Origin: the human T2T-CHM13v2.0 reference genome, Homo sapiens
Reading direction: 5' to 3' (one strand)
Length of the DNA: 64,000 nucleotides
Assembly: GCF_009914755.1 (NCBI RefSeq)
Contig: NC_060938.1
The notes under the pieces are model-generated. The model made no database searches, was not told where the DNA came from, and worked only from the letters and a program-made list of their open reading frames with translations. Below are positions 1 to 15,759 of this stretch, one piece after another. Positions within the stretch are counted from its first letter, which is position 1. The number at the start of each line of letters is the position of its first letter. The position numbers and the translations under genes were made by a program.

Positions 1-280
1 TATGTGCACATTTCTGTTAGGCATCTATACCTGGGAGTGGGATTACCAAGCTATAGGATATGTATTAATATTTGTTCAGATTTAGTAGACACTGCAAAGC
101 AAAGCCTTCTACTAAAGTAGTTTACTGATTCACTCTCACACACAGTGTGTGAGAGTTCCAGTGGCTCCACATCTTCATCAGCACATTGTATTTTTAGTCT
201 TGATTTTAGCCATTCTGGTGGGTATGAAGTGGTATTTGTTGTTGTGCAGATTGCATCTCCCTGATGACTAAAGAGGACTA
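1..280 (-). mobile_element. Old L1M 3' fragment
   Basis: tttagccattctggtgggtatgaagtggta...gcatctccctgatgactaa, typical antisense L1 ORF2 end. Confidence 0.7.
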
Positions 281-732
281 GTGCTTTGACCTCAAGAACT
301 TCCCCTCTGGGGAGATCTTATGTTATTTAAATCTTAGGTTTTTAAACTGATCTCTGCTAGTTTGACTTTATTTCGATATTCACAGAAACTATTATTTTCC
401 TCTGGTGTTCAGGATATACTGTACACCAAGTTTTTCAAATCTCTAGACCCTTCTGTGTCATATTTTATGGTAATCACTAATAGATACAACATCCAAATTT
501 TGCTGCTTGATGATCCAATTTAATGACTTTCTGTTCCATGTTTAGTGAATTTTTGAAATTGTGAAATATTTAAAGTTATCTATCTGTTTCACAATGTAGC
601 TAATTAAAATGTTTGTTAAATAATTCAACTTAAGAAATCTAAAAGGAAATGCTTTCTGGCTTTAGTGCAGTAATTGTCTTCAGAACAATATGCCAATAAT
701 GACTCATCCCTTCTTTATTCATAGTAACTTTG

Positions 733-968
733 GTTTTAGCTTTTTTGGGGTTTCTTTTGTTTTGTTTTTGGAGAAAGGACCTTGCTCTGCTGGCCAGGCT
801 GTAGTGCAGTGGCACGATCTCAGCTCACTGCAGCCTTGACCTCCCGGGCTCGAGCAGTCCTCCCACCTCAGCCTCCTAAATAGCTAGGACTGCAGGTGTG
901 TGCCACCATACCTGGCTAATTTTTTAAATTTTTAGTAGAGACAGGTTCTCACTGTGCTGCCCAGGCTG
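733..968 (-). mobile_element. 5'-truncated AluJ
   Basis: TSD catagtaactttg / catcgtaactttg. Confidence 0.85.
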
Positions 969-1200
969 CATCGTAACTTTGAAAAGAATCTCACTCTAGG
1001 ATAGAAAATTACAAGTAAATTTAATGCAAGTAGAAAGTGCATTTGAGACTTAAGTCTGAGTCTAATAGCTGTATGAAATATTTGTATAAGAATCATAATA
1101 CTGGAGTATAGTTCTTAGTTTTTAATACTAAATTTTCTTTGATCATGAAATGAAAGTAAGAGATCCTTGAAGTATTGCATTAGAAATCTTAGATGGAGGA

Positions 1201-1548
<348 letters not shown>

Positions 1549-3079
1549 TCATCACTTGGCCATCTTAAAATAACATGGAGACTGAACAAACCCTGTGTTC
1601 CCAGGTCTGGTGCCAGGCATTGTCATCCATGTTTTCTTACTGTATTCTTAACAGTACTGTGATATAGGCATGTTATACCCATTGTATGTACAAGGCAATT
1701 GAGGCTGGAAAAGGTTAAAGGAGGTCACATAATTAGAAAGGGTAGATGGAAATGTCCTAACTCTGATCTTATGATTTTACTTGCGGAAAAACTATAGTAT
1801 TTAGAACCTTTGGTTTAAATTGAACAACTCTCTGTCAACTCTTTAGCTATCCTGGGCGCCAGTAATATATAAAAGTGGATTGGCAGTTATTGAATCTCAG
1901 ATAAAGGACTATTAGGGAATTGTATGGAGAGTTGTTCTTGATTTATACTTTCTTATATTAATATTAAGTAAACATTTTAATTAAAGCATCTAATTAAAGG
2001 TACAAATATCATTAAATGTAATACCATAGCAGCAAAGAGGTGATTTTTTTAATTGAAGGCTTCTGCTTTCTGGAGAAGGTGGTCTTGGAACTATCTTCGA
2101 AGAATGGAATAGACACTTAGAAAATGGACACTTAGAAATTGGTGCCTGATTGGGTGCAAAGGCAGTATAGAGTTTATTTTCTTACAACTGAACAAATATG
2201 CTGATTAAACAAATGAGTACCATAAATAAAAGGAGAAACAACAAAAAGCTGTTTATTATAAAACCATAGCTTTCAAGATGAAGATCAGATAAAGCACACA
2301 TGAGATGGGCCCTATAAGCTCTGGCTCTGTCTACCCGGTGTCACTGCGGTTACTCCCTTTATCTGCCCTTTTACTGTGGAGGTTCAGAATCATGTGCTGA
2401 GTGAGACGGGACACCTGATGTCACAGGTTCTTTACACTTTCACGGATACTGTATTCCTGCAGGGATTACCCTTATTGCCTTATTAATATTTGACAGGGGC
2501 TGACACAGAGCCAGAACCTGCTAGATCCTTCATGAGTGAATGTACAAGTGAAGATTTGAATGAGATAGAATGCCATGCCTTTTTACTAAGTTCATATTTT
2601 TATCATGTACAGATACTTGTTTGAATAGTTGCATTCTGTCTCAGAAAATCATTATAGTGTTAACTGTAACAAGTTGGTTTACAGGTTAGAGGAAATGAGT
2701 GTGCAGTTTTGTAACTTTACTTGCAAATTGTTTAGTTTTATCTTTAGCTGTGATTGAATGTATGCCATTGTTTGATCAAGTGAATGGCGAAGTGATTGAT
2801 TCCAAATGATTGTTTTTCTTGCTTTTTTTCATCCCTTTTCTTAAATTATTTGGACTAGGAGAAAGGAGGAAGAATGGCTTATTCCCGCTGTCTGTATTGC
2901 TTGTTTATAGTTTAGAATTCTTTGGAGTTCCATATGATCACGAGACAAAATTCCTAAACTAGAAATTGGTGTGATTTAATTGGTGTGATTTTTATGATTA
3001 AATTTGATTATCTTAGGTTATGGTCTTTTGGTAATTCCGAATGCTTATTGAAAGAAGTTTAAGTTAGCAATAATAATAA

Positions 3080-3300
3080 TGTTTACCATTATTATTTAAT
3101 TTAATTTATATGTGGGACTTTGCTAAAGACTTTGGCATGTAGTATTTAATCTTTAAAATCATCCTGTGAGATGTCAGTGGATGTTCTCATGTTACTAATA
3201 AGGGTAAATTGGTTTCTACAAGGTCACATAGTTCGTAAGGGCCTGAGCTGAGATTTGAACCTACATATGTTTGCTTTCAATGCCTGAGTCATTATGTTAA
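3080..3300. mobile_element. MIR relic (similar relics near 1600-1770, 20870-21000, 29560-29770, 31910-32160, 58140-58330)
   Basis: caaggtcacatag...gagctgagatttgaacc core. Confidence 0.65.
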
Positions 3301-4433
3301 ATTGTTCCTTCTTGTTTTTTCCAAGTATTTATGATGCCTTTCCCTTCACATATTACGGTAGCAGGATGTATTCTTACTTATATATTACTTGTTTAATATA
3401 CTTTTGGTGGTTATTGTTGGTTGGTTTGACATCTTAACTAGTTTGGACAAAACTCTTTCATTTACTATTGTGTTTATGGTATTTAGAAATTGTGTGCGAT
3501 TTTGTTTTTACAGCTAAAGGGAAAAACGTAAATTATTTTATTTCACATGCAATATCATTTTTTAATTGGCAATTTGGTCTAAACAGTTTTTAACAATCCT
3601 CTGAGACAGAACCCTGGTGTTGAGATATTTCTTTTACTAATATGTGTAAAACAACATCTCAAGTTGTTGTGTGGTATAACTGCAAGAGCATAGTACATGG
3701 ATAGCACAAAAGCAGCCACGGTAAAAAAGCAAAGAGACGAGCAAATCAGATGAGAGAGAACAGACACGCATTAACTGATCCATCATTCATGATATGCTTA
3801 GATTTGTGTTTGAAAAGCTTGCAATAAATGTAAGAAATTCTTATTGATACAAGTATTCAACATCTTATATTAAAAATACAACCCTATCAATTTTATGTAC
3901 TAAAATATTACAGTGGATAACTGTTTATTATACATTGGTCTGCCAGCACTTGTGTGGTAGTGTGGTATGTTTTATGAATCCAGCTGAATAGCATGTCTAG
4001 GCAGAACCAAATGTACAATTATATAAAATAGCCCAGGAATTACAGCCAAAAAACATTAATAATTATTGGCAACTCTATATTACTTTGTTTGCATCCTTAT
4101 AGTGTTGGCTTATTATTACAGAAGAGTTAAAGTTTATTTTCAGACAAAACAGAATGTCTAAAGTGTGTTATATATTAATCCAGTTCTAAAAAGCTTTTAC
4201 ATTTTTAAGTTTTTAATTTTTCAGTCTTTACTCACTCATTTTTCCTGGTGGACGAATCCAGTTTTTAAAATAAAATATATTTTTCTTCCAAACAACCTTT
4301 TGTGTTTCTTGATCTGGAGAATTGAATAAATCTAAATAAGAATTATTGCTTCCAGCATTAAGTTTGTGCAGAAGTTTTTTGAAACCAACTTAATAGGACA
4401 TCAGTATTGCCATCTGAAATCCAAATTTCTCTT

Positions 4434-4548
4434 ATTTATTTATTTTTAAAATTGAGGACAAGGCCTTGCTACATTGCTCAGGCTGGTCTCAAACACCTAG
4501 CCTCAAGCAATCCTACTGCCTTGGCCTCCCAAAGTGCTGGGATTACAG
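4434..4548 (-). mobile_element. FLAM/Alu monomer
   Basis: Left-arm Alu sequence. Confidence 0.8.
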
Positions 4549-4790
4549 TAAATATCTTTTAAATGGAGACTTACTGACACTGTGTAGAATATATTTTTTA
4601 ATACTTCAAACTGCCCTAGCATCCATCTGACTTTTATTTCCTGCCTTCTTCAAATAGTCTTCTGCTCTCCTTGTCTAGCTAGCAACCCTCCATTCTTCCA
4701 TTCCTTGTAAAAGAGAAATTGTCAGCATCTGCTTTTCTGTTGACCTATTCTCTCCAAACAGGCTATATGGTAAACAAACTGCAATGAACA

Positions 4791-5705
<915 letters not shown>

Positions 5706-6277
5706 TTGCTTACTTTATTATTGACAGCTCTTTAAGAGACATATTACTTCAATTTTATAAATGAGGATTTTGGCACTCTGAGATTTTGGCACTCTAGACA
5801 TTGTATGTAATAGTATATTTGATTTAGAATTTTAGAACCTTTTGAGCAGTGATTGGGGTGAAGATTATACATTAGGTCATATTCGTATGTAACATTTTTG
5901 TCAAAACCTTTTTTGAGACTTGCTTCCATCAGAGTAACAAAAATGTTGTTATTAACAAATGAATGTTCTTTTAGTAACAGGATTCATCCCCATTATGAAA
6001 CCAGTGATATTAAGTGTAGAACAAGGCTGCGACTTTGGTGTGCATATATTTTATCAGGTAGAGATATTATATAATAAGAAGTGGAAGTAAAATGAATTGA
6101 TTCAACTATTTAACCTGGCCTAATTCATTGTTTTTACTAGATGTATTATGGGGCTTTACATATGCTATCAGCTTTTACTTCTGCCAGAGTCACCCCTTAT
6201 TCTTAGTATTTGACATTTCTCCCTTGACATTGCAGTAACCATTTCACTACCGGTGTCTGAGGCTAAGGAGAATTCTC

Positions 6278-6646
<369 letters not shown>

Positions 6647-6871
6647 TTATATTTCTCACAAGATCCCCATTTTAAAGGGGAGAGTAAGAGAGGTTTATAG
6701 TCACACACTTGCAGGTGATATGTGGCGGGAACATACTACAGATCGCTAGTAAATTTTCTGAATGGTGGCTTCTTTTAAGTCCTTACAATTATGTGAGTTG
6801 AAATAGGTAACACGACGGTATAGTGGTAATCCAGTCAGTTTTGCAATACTTCAGGGGAAAAGGATGGGGCT

Positions 6872-7348
6872 TGTATTAGGGTTCTCTAGAGGGACAGAAC
6901 TAATAGAAGATATGTAATATTTAGGATATCTATCTATCTATCCATCCAGAGAGAGAGAGAGAGAGAGAGGAGTTTATTAAGTATTAACTTACATGATCAC
7001 AAGGTCCCACAATAGTCTGTCTGCAAGCTTGAAGGAGCAAGGAGAGCCAGTCCGAGTCTCAAAACTGAAGAACTTGGAGTCTGATGTTCAAGGGCAGGAA
7101 GCGTCCAGCATGGGAAAGAGATGTAGGCTGGGAGGCTAGGCCAGTCTCGCCTTTTCGTGTTTTTCTGCCTGCTTATATTCACTGACAGCCGATTAGATTG
7201 TGCCCACCAGATTAAGGGTGGGTCTGCCTTTCCCAGCCCATTGACTCAAATGTTAATCTTTTTTGGCAGCACCCTTACAGATATACACAGCATGACTACT
7301 TCACACTCTTCAATCTATTCGAGTTGACCCTTAGTATTAACCATTACA
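6872..7348 (-). mobile_element. 3' LTR, MLT2A1-type
   Basis: About 90% identical to 13197-13609 by manual alignment, plus a ~64-bp (TATC)n/(GA)n block. Preceded on the minus strand by the PPT. Confidence 0.92.
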
Positions 7349-7363
7349 AGTCCGCCCCTTGTC
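7349..7363 (-). promoter_or_regulatory. Polypurine tract
   Basis: Minus strand GACAAGGGGCGGACT abutting the 3' LTR. Confidence 0.75.
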
Positions 7364-7801
7364 ACCTTGGACCCATACATATCTCCTGAGATCATACATA
7401 ATCTTCAAATAAAGACAATAATAAGGTCATAATTACGCCTAACATAATACAACTGTCTTTTGTACAACTGGAAATGTACCAATCCCCAACCCAAATACCA
7501 TTACATAAAGTTAATAATACATAAATGCTGATATGAAGTCAATAAATCTTATGTCTCATGATAAAGGAAAAGGAAATAAAGATATTTTCTTAGTAGAAGT
7601 GTATACATGCACAAACATGTTTTTAACAAAAGAAGGAGGAAATACTCATGACAATTACAGTCCTTGTTTCTATAGCTGACCACGTGGTCGTAGCTGGTAT
7701 TGATGACTACCTTTTTCTACTACCCATTCTGTATTCCCTTTGCATTCAGCAAGCATGTCAGCGGGTCGTGGTTTTCTTTCCTGGTGGAGTGACCCAAATC
7801 T

Positions 7802-8150
7802 TCATTCCTGAGGAGTCTGGACCATTTGTAGTCCTGTCTGGATTGGGCGTTGTAGTTTCCCATTGATCTTAATCACAGGGCATAGTAATACTGAGAGACG
7901 CCCTAATGGATCTCCTGTATTCCTTGCATACTCTTCTTTACCTTTGTTGTGGAGTAGTAGACTGATTTCATCTTGATAGTCTGAGTCAATCACCCCTGCC
8001 AACACTGTAACTCCCTTCTTAGTCTTGACTTAAAGGTAGGAGGAGCCCAAAGTGTCCAGGTGGCAATCTCAACTTCCAGTTTAATGGAATCATCGTTGTG
8101 TCTCCTGGTGGCAGCGTTCCTCCCTCTGGCACTAAGACCCCTGTGCCAGC
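7802..8150 (-). pseudogene. dut: HERV-L dUTPase downstream of integrase
   Basis: LPPGDTTMIPLNWKLRLPPGHFG and LAGVIDSDYQDEI (dUTPase motif III), split by a stop. Position after IN is diagnostic for ERV-L. Confidence 0.87.
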
Positions 8151-8199
8151 AGAACATAATGTTGCGGGAACAGGAAGCAAAGCTTTTGCTAGTGGATCA

Positions 8200-8870
8200 C
8201 TAGGGGTGATGGTGAGTGGTACCACTTCCACTTCCACCCCTTGATTCCTGGACCTGTGAATCCTGACTGTGGGAGAAACAGTACCATATATTATTGGACA
8301 CTGATTCAGAGCATACATGGCCTTCTGGAGAACTTTGCCCCACCTCTACAAAGTATTGTCAGCTAGTTGGCATTGTAATTGTGACTTCAAAAGGCCATTC
8401 CACCGTTCTATCAATCCAGCTGCTTCAGGATTGGGAACATGGTAAGACCAGTGAATTCCATGAGCATGAGCCCACTGTCGCACTTTGTTAGCTGTAAAGT
8501 TAGTGCCTTGGTCAGAGGCAATGGTGTGTGGAATACCATGTTGGTGGATAAGGCATTCCATGAGTCTACAGATAGTAGTCTTGGCAGAAGCATTGCATGC
8601 AGGATAGGCAAACCCATATCTGGAGTAAGTGTCTATTCCAGTGAGGATGAACCTCTGCCCTTTCCGTGATGGAAGAGGTCCAGTATAATCAACCTGCCAC
8701 TAGGTAGCTGGCTGATCACCCCGAGGAATGGTGCCATATCAAGGACTCAGTGTTGGTCTCTGCAGCTGGCAAATTGGGCACTCAGAAGTGGCCGTAGCCA
8801 GGACAGCCTTGGTGAGTGGAAGTCCATGTTGTTGAGCTCATATGTAACCTCCATCTCTGCCACTATGATC
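8200..8870 (-). pseudogene. pol: HERV-L integrase remnant
   Basis: ECPICQ zinc-finger half, WQVDYTGPLP, IASDQGTNF and AAGLIERWNGLLK (DDE triad). Confidence 0.9.
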
Positions 8871-8877
8871 ATTTTGT

Positions 8878-9350
8878 TCATGGGCCCATTGGGTGATGAC
8901 GGGTGGCTGGGGAAAGAGGCTGAGTAGTATCCACAGAATGGGTCATTCCATTCACTTGATTATTAAAATCCTCCTCTGCTGAGGTCACCTTTTGGTGAGC
9001 ACTCACATGGGATACAAATAACTTCACAGTTTTTGACCACTCAGAGGGGTCCATCCACATCTTCCCCACATTTCTTTGTCACCAATTTTCCAATCATCCT
9101 TCATCCAAGTCCCTGACCATCCAGCCAAACTCTTGGCTACAGCCTATGAATCAGTATATAATTGCACATCTGGCCATTTCTCCTTCCATGCAAAGTGCAC
9201 AACCAGGTGCACTGCTTGAAGTTCTGCCCACTGGGAAGATTTCATTTCACCTCTGTCCTTCAGAGATGTCCTAGAAAAGGGCTGTAGTGCTGCAGCTGTC
9301 CACTTTTGGGTGGTGCCTGCATATCGTGCAGAACCATCTGTGAACAGGCC
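8878..9350 (-). pseudogene. pol: HERV-L RNase H remnant
   Basis: FTDGSARY (9321-9344), LYTDS (9147-9161), VSHVSAH. Confidence 0.85.
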
Positions 9351-9412
9351 CTAGTCTTCTCTTCCTCTGTCAACTGATGATAGGGAACTCCCCATGAGGC
9401 CGTGGGTGCAGG

Positions 9413-10741
9413 CTAGGGGAGAGAAGGCAGGGTGGCAGGAGTGGAGACCATGGGCACTTGAGCCACTTCCTCATGTAACTTACTTGTGCCTTCAGGATGT
9501 GCTCGAGCGCAATCACGTATATACCACTTCCATTTGATGATAGAATGCTGCTGTGCATGACCCACTTTATAGCTAGATTGGTTAGAAGGCACCCAATTCA
9601 TGATAGGCAGTTCAGGTTGCATGGTGACTTGATGACCCATAGTCAAATGTTCAGTTTCCAGCAAAGCCCAGTAACAGACAAAGAGCTGTCTCTCAAAAGG
9701 AGAGTAGTTACCTGCAGAAGGCGGCAGAGCCTTGCTCCAAAATCCTAGAGGCCTCCTCTGTGATTCACCTATGGGGGCCTGCTGAGGGCTCCAAACAGCA
9801 TCCACTTCAAGCACTAGTGGATCTGCTGGGTCATATGGCCCAAGTGGCAGAGCAGCTTGCACAGCAGCCTGGACCTGTTGCAGAGCCTTCTCCTGTTCTG
9901 GACCCCACTCAAAACTGGCAGCCTTTCGGGTCACTTGATAAATGGGCCAGAGTAACACACCCACATGAGGAATGTGTTGCCTCCGAAATCCAAATAGGTC
10001 CACTAGGCGTTGTGCCTCTTTCTTGGTTGTAGGAGGAGCCAAATGCAGCAACTTTTCCTTCACCTTAGAAGGAATATCTTGACAGGCCCCATACCACTGG
10101 ATCCCTAGAAATTTTACTGAAGTGGAAGGTCCCTGAATTTTAGTTGGATTTATTTCCCATCCTCTGGCATGCAAATATCTCCCCAATAAGTCCAGTGTCT
10201 TGCTCACTAGATCCACTCAGCATAATGTCATCAACGTAATGGACCAGTGTGATATCTTGTGGAAATGAAAAGTGATCAAGGTCTCTCCGAATAAATTATG
10301 ATACAAAGCTGGAGAGTTGATATACCTCTGAGGCAGGACAGTAAATGTATATTGCTGGCCTTGCCAGCTGAAGGCAAATTGCTTCAGATGGGCCATATGG
10401 ACAGGAATGGAGAAAAAGGCATTTGCCACGTCTATGGCTGCATACCAGGTACCAGGAGATATGTTAATTTGCTCAAGCAGTGAAACCACATCTGATACAG
10501 CAGCTGCAATTGGAGTCACCAGTTGGTTAAGCTTACAGTAATCCACTGTCATTCACCAAGATCTATGTCTTCTGCGCAGGCCAAATGGGATCACCATCCC
10601 TGCGTCTTTCAAGTCCTTGATGGTGGCATTAATTTCTGCAGTCTCTTTAGGCATGCGGTATTGTTTTTGATTTACTATTTTTCTAGGTAGAGGCAGCTCT
10701 AATGGCTTCCATTTGGACTTTCCCTCCATAATAGCCCTCAC
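9413..10741 (-). pseudogene. pol: HERV-L reverse transcriptase and connection domain, frameshifted
   Basis: [27 protein letters not shown] (10227-10238, out of frame with upstream part), VKFLG, NYSPFERQL. Confidence 0.93.
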
Positions 10742-10800
10742 CCTACCAGTCAGGGAGCCAATCTGGGGGTTCTACCAGCTCCTAATTATGCCTATGCCAA

Positions 10801-11121
10801 TTACGCATTCTGGCACTGGGAAATGACCACAGGATGAGTCCGGGGACCCACTGTACCCACTGTAAGTCGCACCTGAGCTAAAACTCCATTAATTACCTGA
10901 CCTCCATAAGACCCTACTTTAACTGGAGGACTACAGTGACGTTTTGGGTCCCCTGGAATCAGCATCAGCTCAGAGCCAGTATCCTGTAGTCCCTGAAATG
11001 TCTGATCATTTCCCTTTCCCCAGTGCACAGTTACCCTGGTAAAAGGCCAGAGGTCTTGGGGAAGGATGGGAGAAAGATTCACTGCATAAATTGTTGGTAA
11101 TGTAGTGGGATCCTTCCTCAA
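10801..11121 (-). pseudogene. pro: HERV-L aspartic protease
   Basis: VHWGKGNDQTFQGLQDTGSELMLIPG contains the DTG catalytic motif. Confidence 0.88.
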
Positions 11122-11139
11122 GGGGACCCGGCCTCCCCT

Positions 11140-13130
<1,991 letters not shown>

Positions 13131-13173
13131 GAAACCAATGAAAGAACTCCATCCTTAACATTCTGTTTCTTTA

Positions 13174-13191
13174 GAACCACTCTTGGTACCA
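13174..13191 (-). promoter_or_regulatory. Primer binding site, tRNA-Leu type
   Basis: Minus strand TGGTACCAAGAGTGGTTC, 5 nt inside the 5' LTR, resembling the complement of the tRNA-Leu(TAA) 3' end. Confidence 0.85.
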
Positions 13192-13196
13192 AAATC

Positions 13197-13609
13197 TGTA
13201 TTAGGGTTCTCTAGAGGGACAGAACTAAGGGGAGTTTATTAAGTATTAACTTACACGATCACAAGTTTCCACAATAGGCTGTCTGCAAGCTTGAGGAGCA
13301 AGGAGAGCCAGTCCGAGTCCCAAAACTGAAGAAGTTGGAGTCCAAAGTTCAAGGGCAGGAAGCATCCAGCATGGGAGAAAGATGTAGGCTGGGAGGCTAG
13401 GCCAGTCTCGCCTTTTCACATTCTTCTGCCTGCTTATATTCACTGACAGCTGATTAGATTGTGCCCACCAGATTAAAGGTGGGCCTGCCTTCCGTAGCCC
13501 ACTGACTCAAATGTTAATCTTTTTTGGCAGCACCCTCACAGACACACCCAGGATCAATACTTCACATCCTTCAATCCAATCAAGTTGACACTCAGTATTA
13601 ACCATCACA
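13197..13609 (-). mobile_element. 5' LTR, MLT2A1-type
   Basis: Minus strand reads TGTGATGGTTAATAC...GAGAACCCTAATACA. TATA-like TATAAG at ~13432-13439, AATAAA at 13235-13240, followed by the PBS. Confidence 0.92.
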
Positions 13610-14607
13610 GGGCTTCATATATTGAATGAGATCATGTCCAAGTCAGTGTACTTTAGGGGTGTTTTGAGCAGGGCAGAAAGAAGCTAATGCTACCACCAAA
13701 GAGAGCTCTGCTTTGTTACTGGACTGCCATCCACTAGAATTTATGATTAAACCCATTCCTACCTGCTGTTTACTAGGGGAGAGGCTGTTGTTTATTTTTG
13801 GCAGAGCAAACGAACACAGTGAGGACTACTGGGAGACTCACTTGAAGACAGGCGGATTGCATCTAAGAGGTGGTGTTGCCCACACTGCAAATTGTGCTTG
13901 TGTCTGTCTAAACAGCAATGAAAACTGGCCAGGTTCATAGTACCCTTTCAAAGTGGAGTTCTCTAAGGAAACATTAGCTTCAGTTGATAACTCTCAAAGA
14001 AACTAGGACAGTTCCCAGGCTGCTCTGTATTTGTGTAGATAAACAACAGGCATTAATAGAGCCATACTGAAAAAAAAAAAAAAAACAGTAATAAAATTCA
14101 CTGTGTTCTAATTGTGTCCTCATAGCAGCGTTATATTTTTTAACCCCAAAATGGTACCTAAAGTGGAGATTTGTATGCATTATGAACTAAATACATTTTC
14201 TTAAGTAGTATTTATTGTGTTTAGGGTTTGCCACTATTTCTGACTAAAATGGATGTTCATGGTCTCAAGCACATTGACCAGTTATCTTTTAATAAACTAT
14301 TTTTTATTGTGCACAGAACCAATGTAATGGCATTAGTTACTTGTTCTTTCAGTTTATTTTGATAACAATTTTCTCTTCCATAGTAGTTCTCTCCATTTAA
14401 TTGAATTTGGGCATGTTATGTGAGTGCTTTTGATCTATAAATTAGTCATTAATAGATGTAATATTTAAATGATTTTAGGGATATAACGCAAACTATTTTA
14501 TCTCATAACTCAGACACAGTTTTCAACATTTCTAGAGAGAAATTTTCCTGCCTGCTTGGAACAACACTTTGAATTGTCATGTGAAAGCAATTCCATTGCC
14601 ATTTCAG

Positions 14608-14736
14608 TGTCCAGATTTATGTCAGCATTAATTACTGTCGCTGGGGAGTTCTGTGAGCCAACATTGTATGTGTGTGGATATTTACAAATGCACCGTTGGA
14701 TTCTTTGTCGTTCAAGTGAATGTTGACTATTTACAG
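14608..14736 (+). other. Candidate 129-nt non-coding (5'UTR-like) exon of the host gene
   Basis: Acceptor ttccattgccatttcag, donor CAG|gtaaag. Unique sequence with retained CpGs. Stops in all three frames. Confidence 0.5.
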
Positions 14737-15224
14737 GTAAAGAACTCTCTTGTCTTTGTAGATATCAGGTTATTTGAATCAAGTAATATTTGCCTATCTA
14801 TTTATACATTAATATGTTTAAAAAGAAATTTCTCCAAGAAGAAGCATTCGTCATTCACTATTTGTTTGATGAGATGATACTTACATTCTTATTGTGTAAT
14901 CATAAAATAGCTAATTTTGTCGTGCTTAATGCCAAGAGCAGATGCACTTTCTAATAAAAACAACATGCAAAGCCCAAATCTAAGCATTATGTAGAAGCCT
15001 ATTAAAATCTTGGAGTATTTTTTTTGTAATTTAAAAACGTAATTGTGGTTTGCATTGTGCCCAGTTTTCAAAAAAGTATGTGATTGGTGCCACAGCTTAA
15101 AAACCGAAGAAGCAAAAATTGTCCCTTATGTTTTTAAGTATAATGAGTCATTTTGAGAGACAATGTCATGCCTAGAGGTTTAGTGCATACCTCTGGCACC
15201 AGACTGTCTGGATTCAAATCTTGA

Positions 15225-15368
15225 CTGGGCATGGTGGCTTATGCCTGTTATCCTAGCCCTCTGGAAGGATGAGGTGGGAGGATTGCTTGAGGCCAGCAGT
15301 TCAGGACCAACCTGCCAAACATAACTAGACCCCCATCTCTTAAAAAAAAAAAAAAAAAGAAAGAAAAA
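15225..15368 (+). mobile_element. FLAM/AluJ monomer within a MIR
   Basis: Left arm plus poly-A. Confidence 0.8.
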
Positions 15369-15492
15369 GTATTGGCTTCTATCATTTACCAGCGTTGTGA
15401 TCTTGGGAAAGTATATATAAAATGCTTAAAACAATGCCTGGCACATAGTAAGGACAAATGAGTAAAACCATAAAGGGGAAAAGCAGTTAGAG

Positions 15493-15493
<1 letters not shown>

Positions 15494-15539
<46 letters not shown>

Positions 15540-15560
15540 TGTCTGTGTCTGTCTGTCTGT
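15494..15560. repeat. (GT)n / (GTCT)n microsatellite
   Basis: Direct observation. Confidence 0.97.
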
Positions 15561-15759
15561 TACAGGGACTTCTCCTATAATCAGTTGCAGTTTTTAAAAA
15601 TTGGGTCTTTTATTTCCTGATCTGTCAATGACTTTCGTAGAGTAACTTTCTTGAGTATTGTTCTAGACCCTCTAAGGCAGACAGAAGAAATAAAAGGCAT
15701 TGTCTCTACTTTAAAAGCTAGAGCCATATTTAAATAAGTACCCAAATGGAGATAGATAC

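Noticed and set aside
2964-2991. 14-bp tandem duplication (also ~16 bp at 5766-5797 and ~14 bp near 2109)
   Set aside because: Ordinary slippage duplications.
7349-7800. Possible env between pol and the 3' LTR
   Set aside because: Only ~450 bp of AT-rich sequence with no minus-strand ORF. ERV-L lacks env.
9413-10216. 267-aa pol ORF as a domesticated gene
   Set aside because: It starts after the YVDD motif, has a non-ATG start, and is surrounded by frameshifts and stops, consistent with neutral decay.
14724-14726. TGA as selenocysteine in a Cys-rich frame
   Set aside because: No SECIS evidence and no similarity to known selenoproteins that I can recognise.
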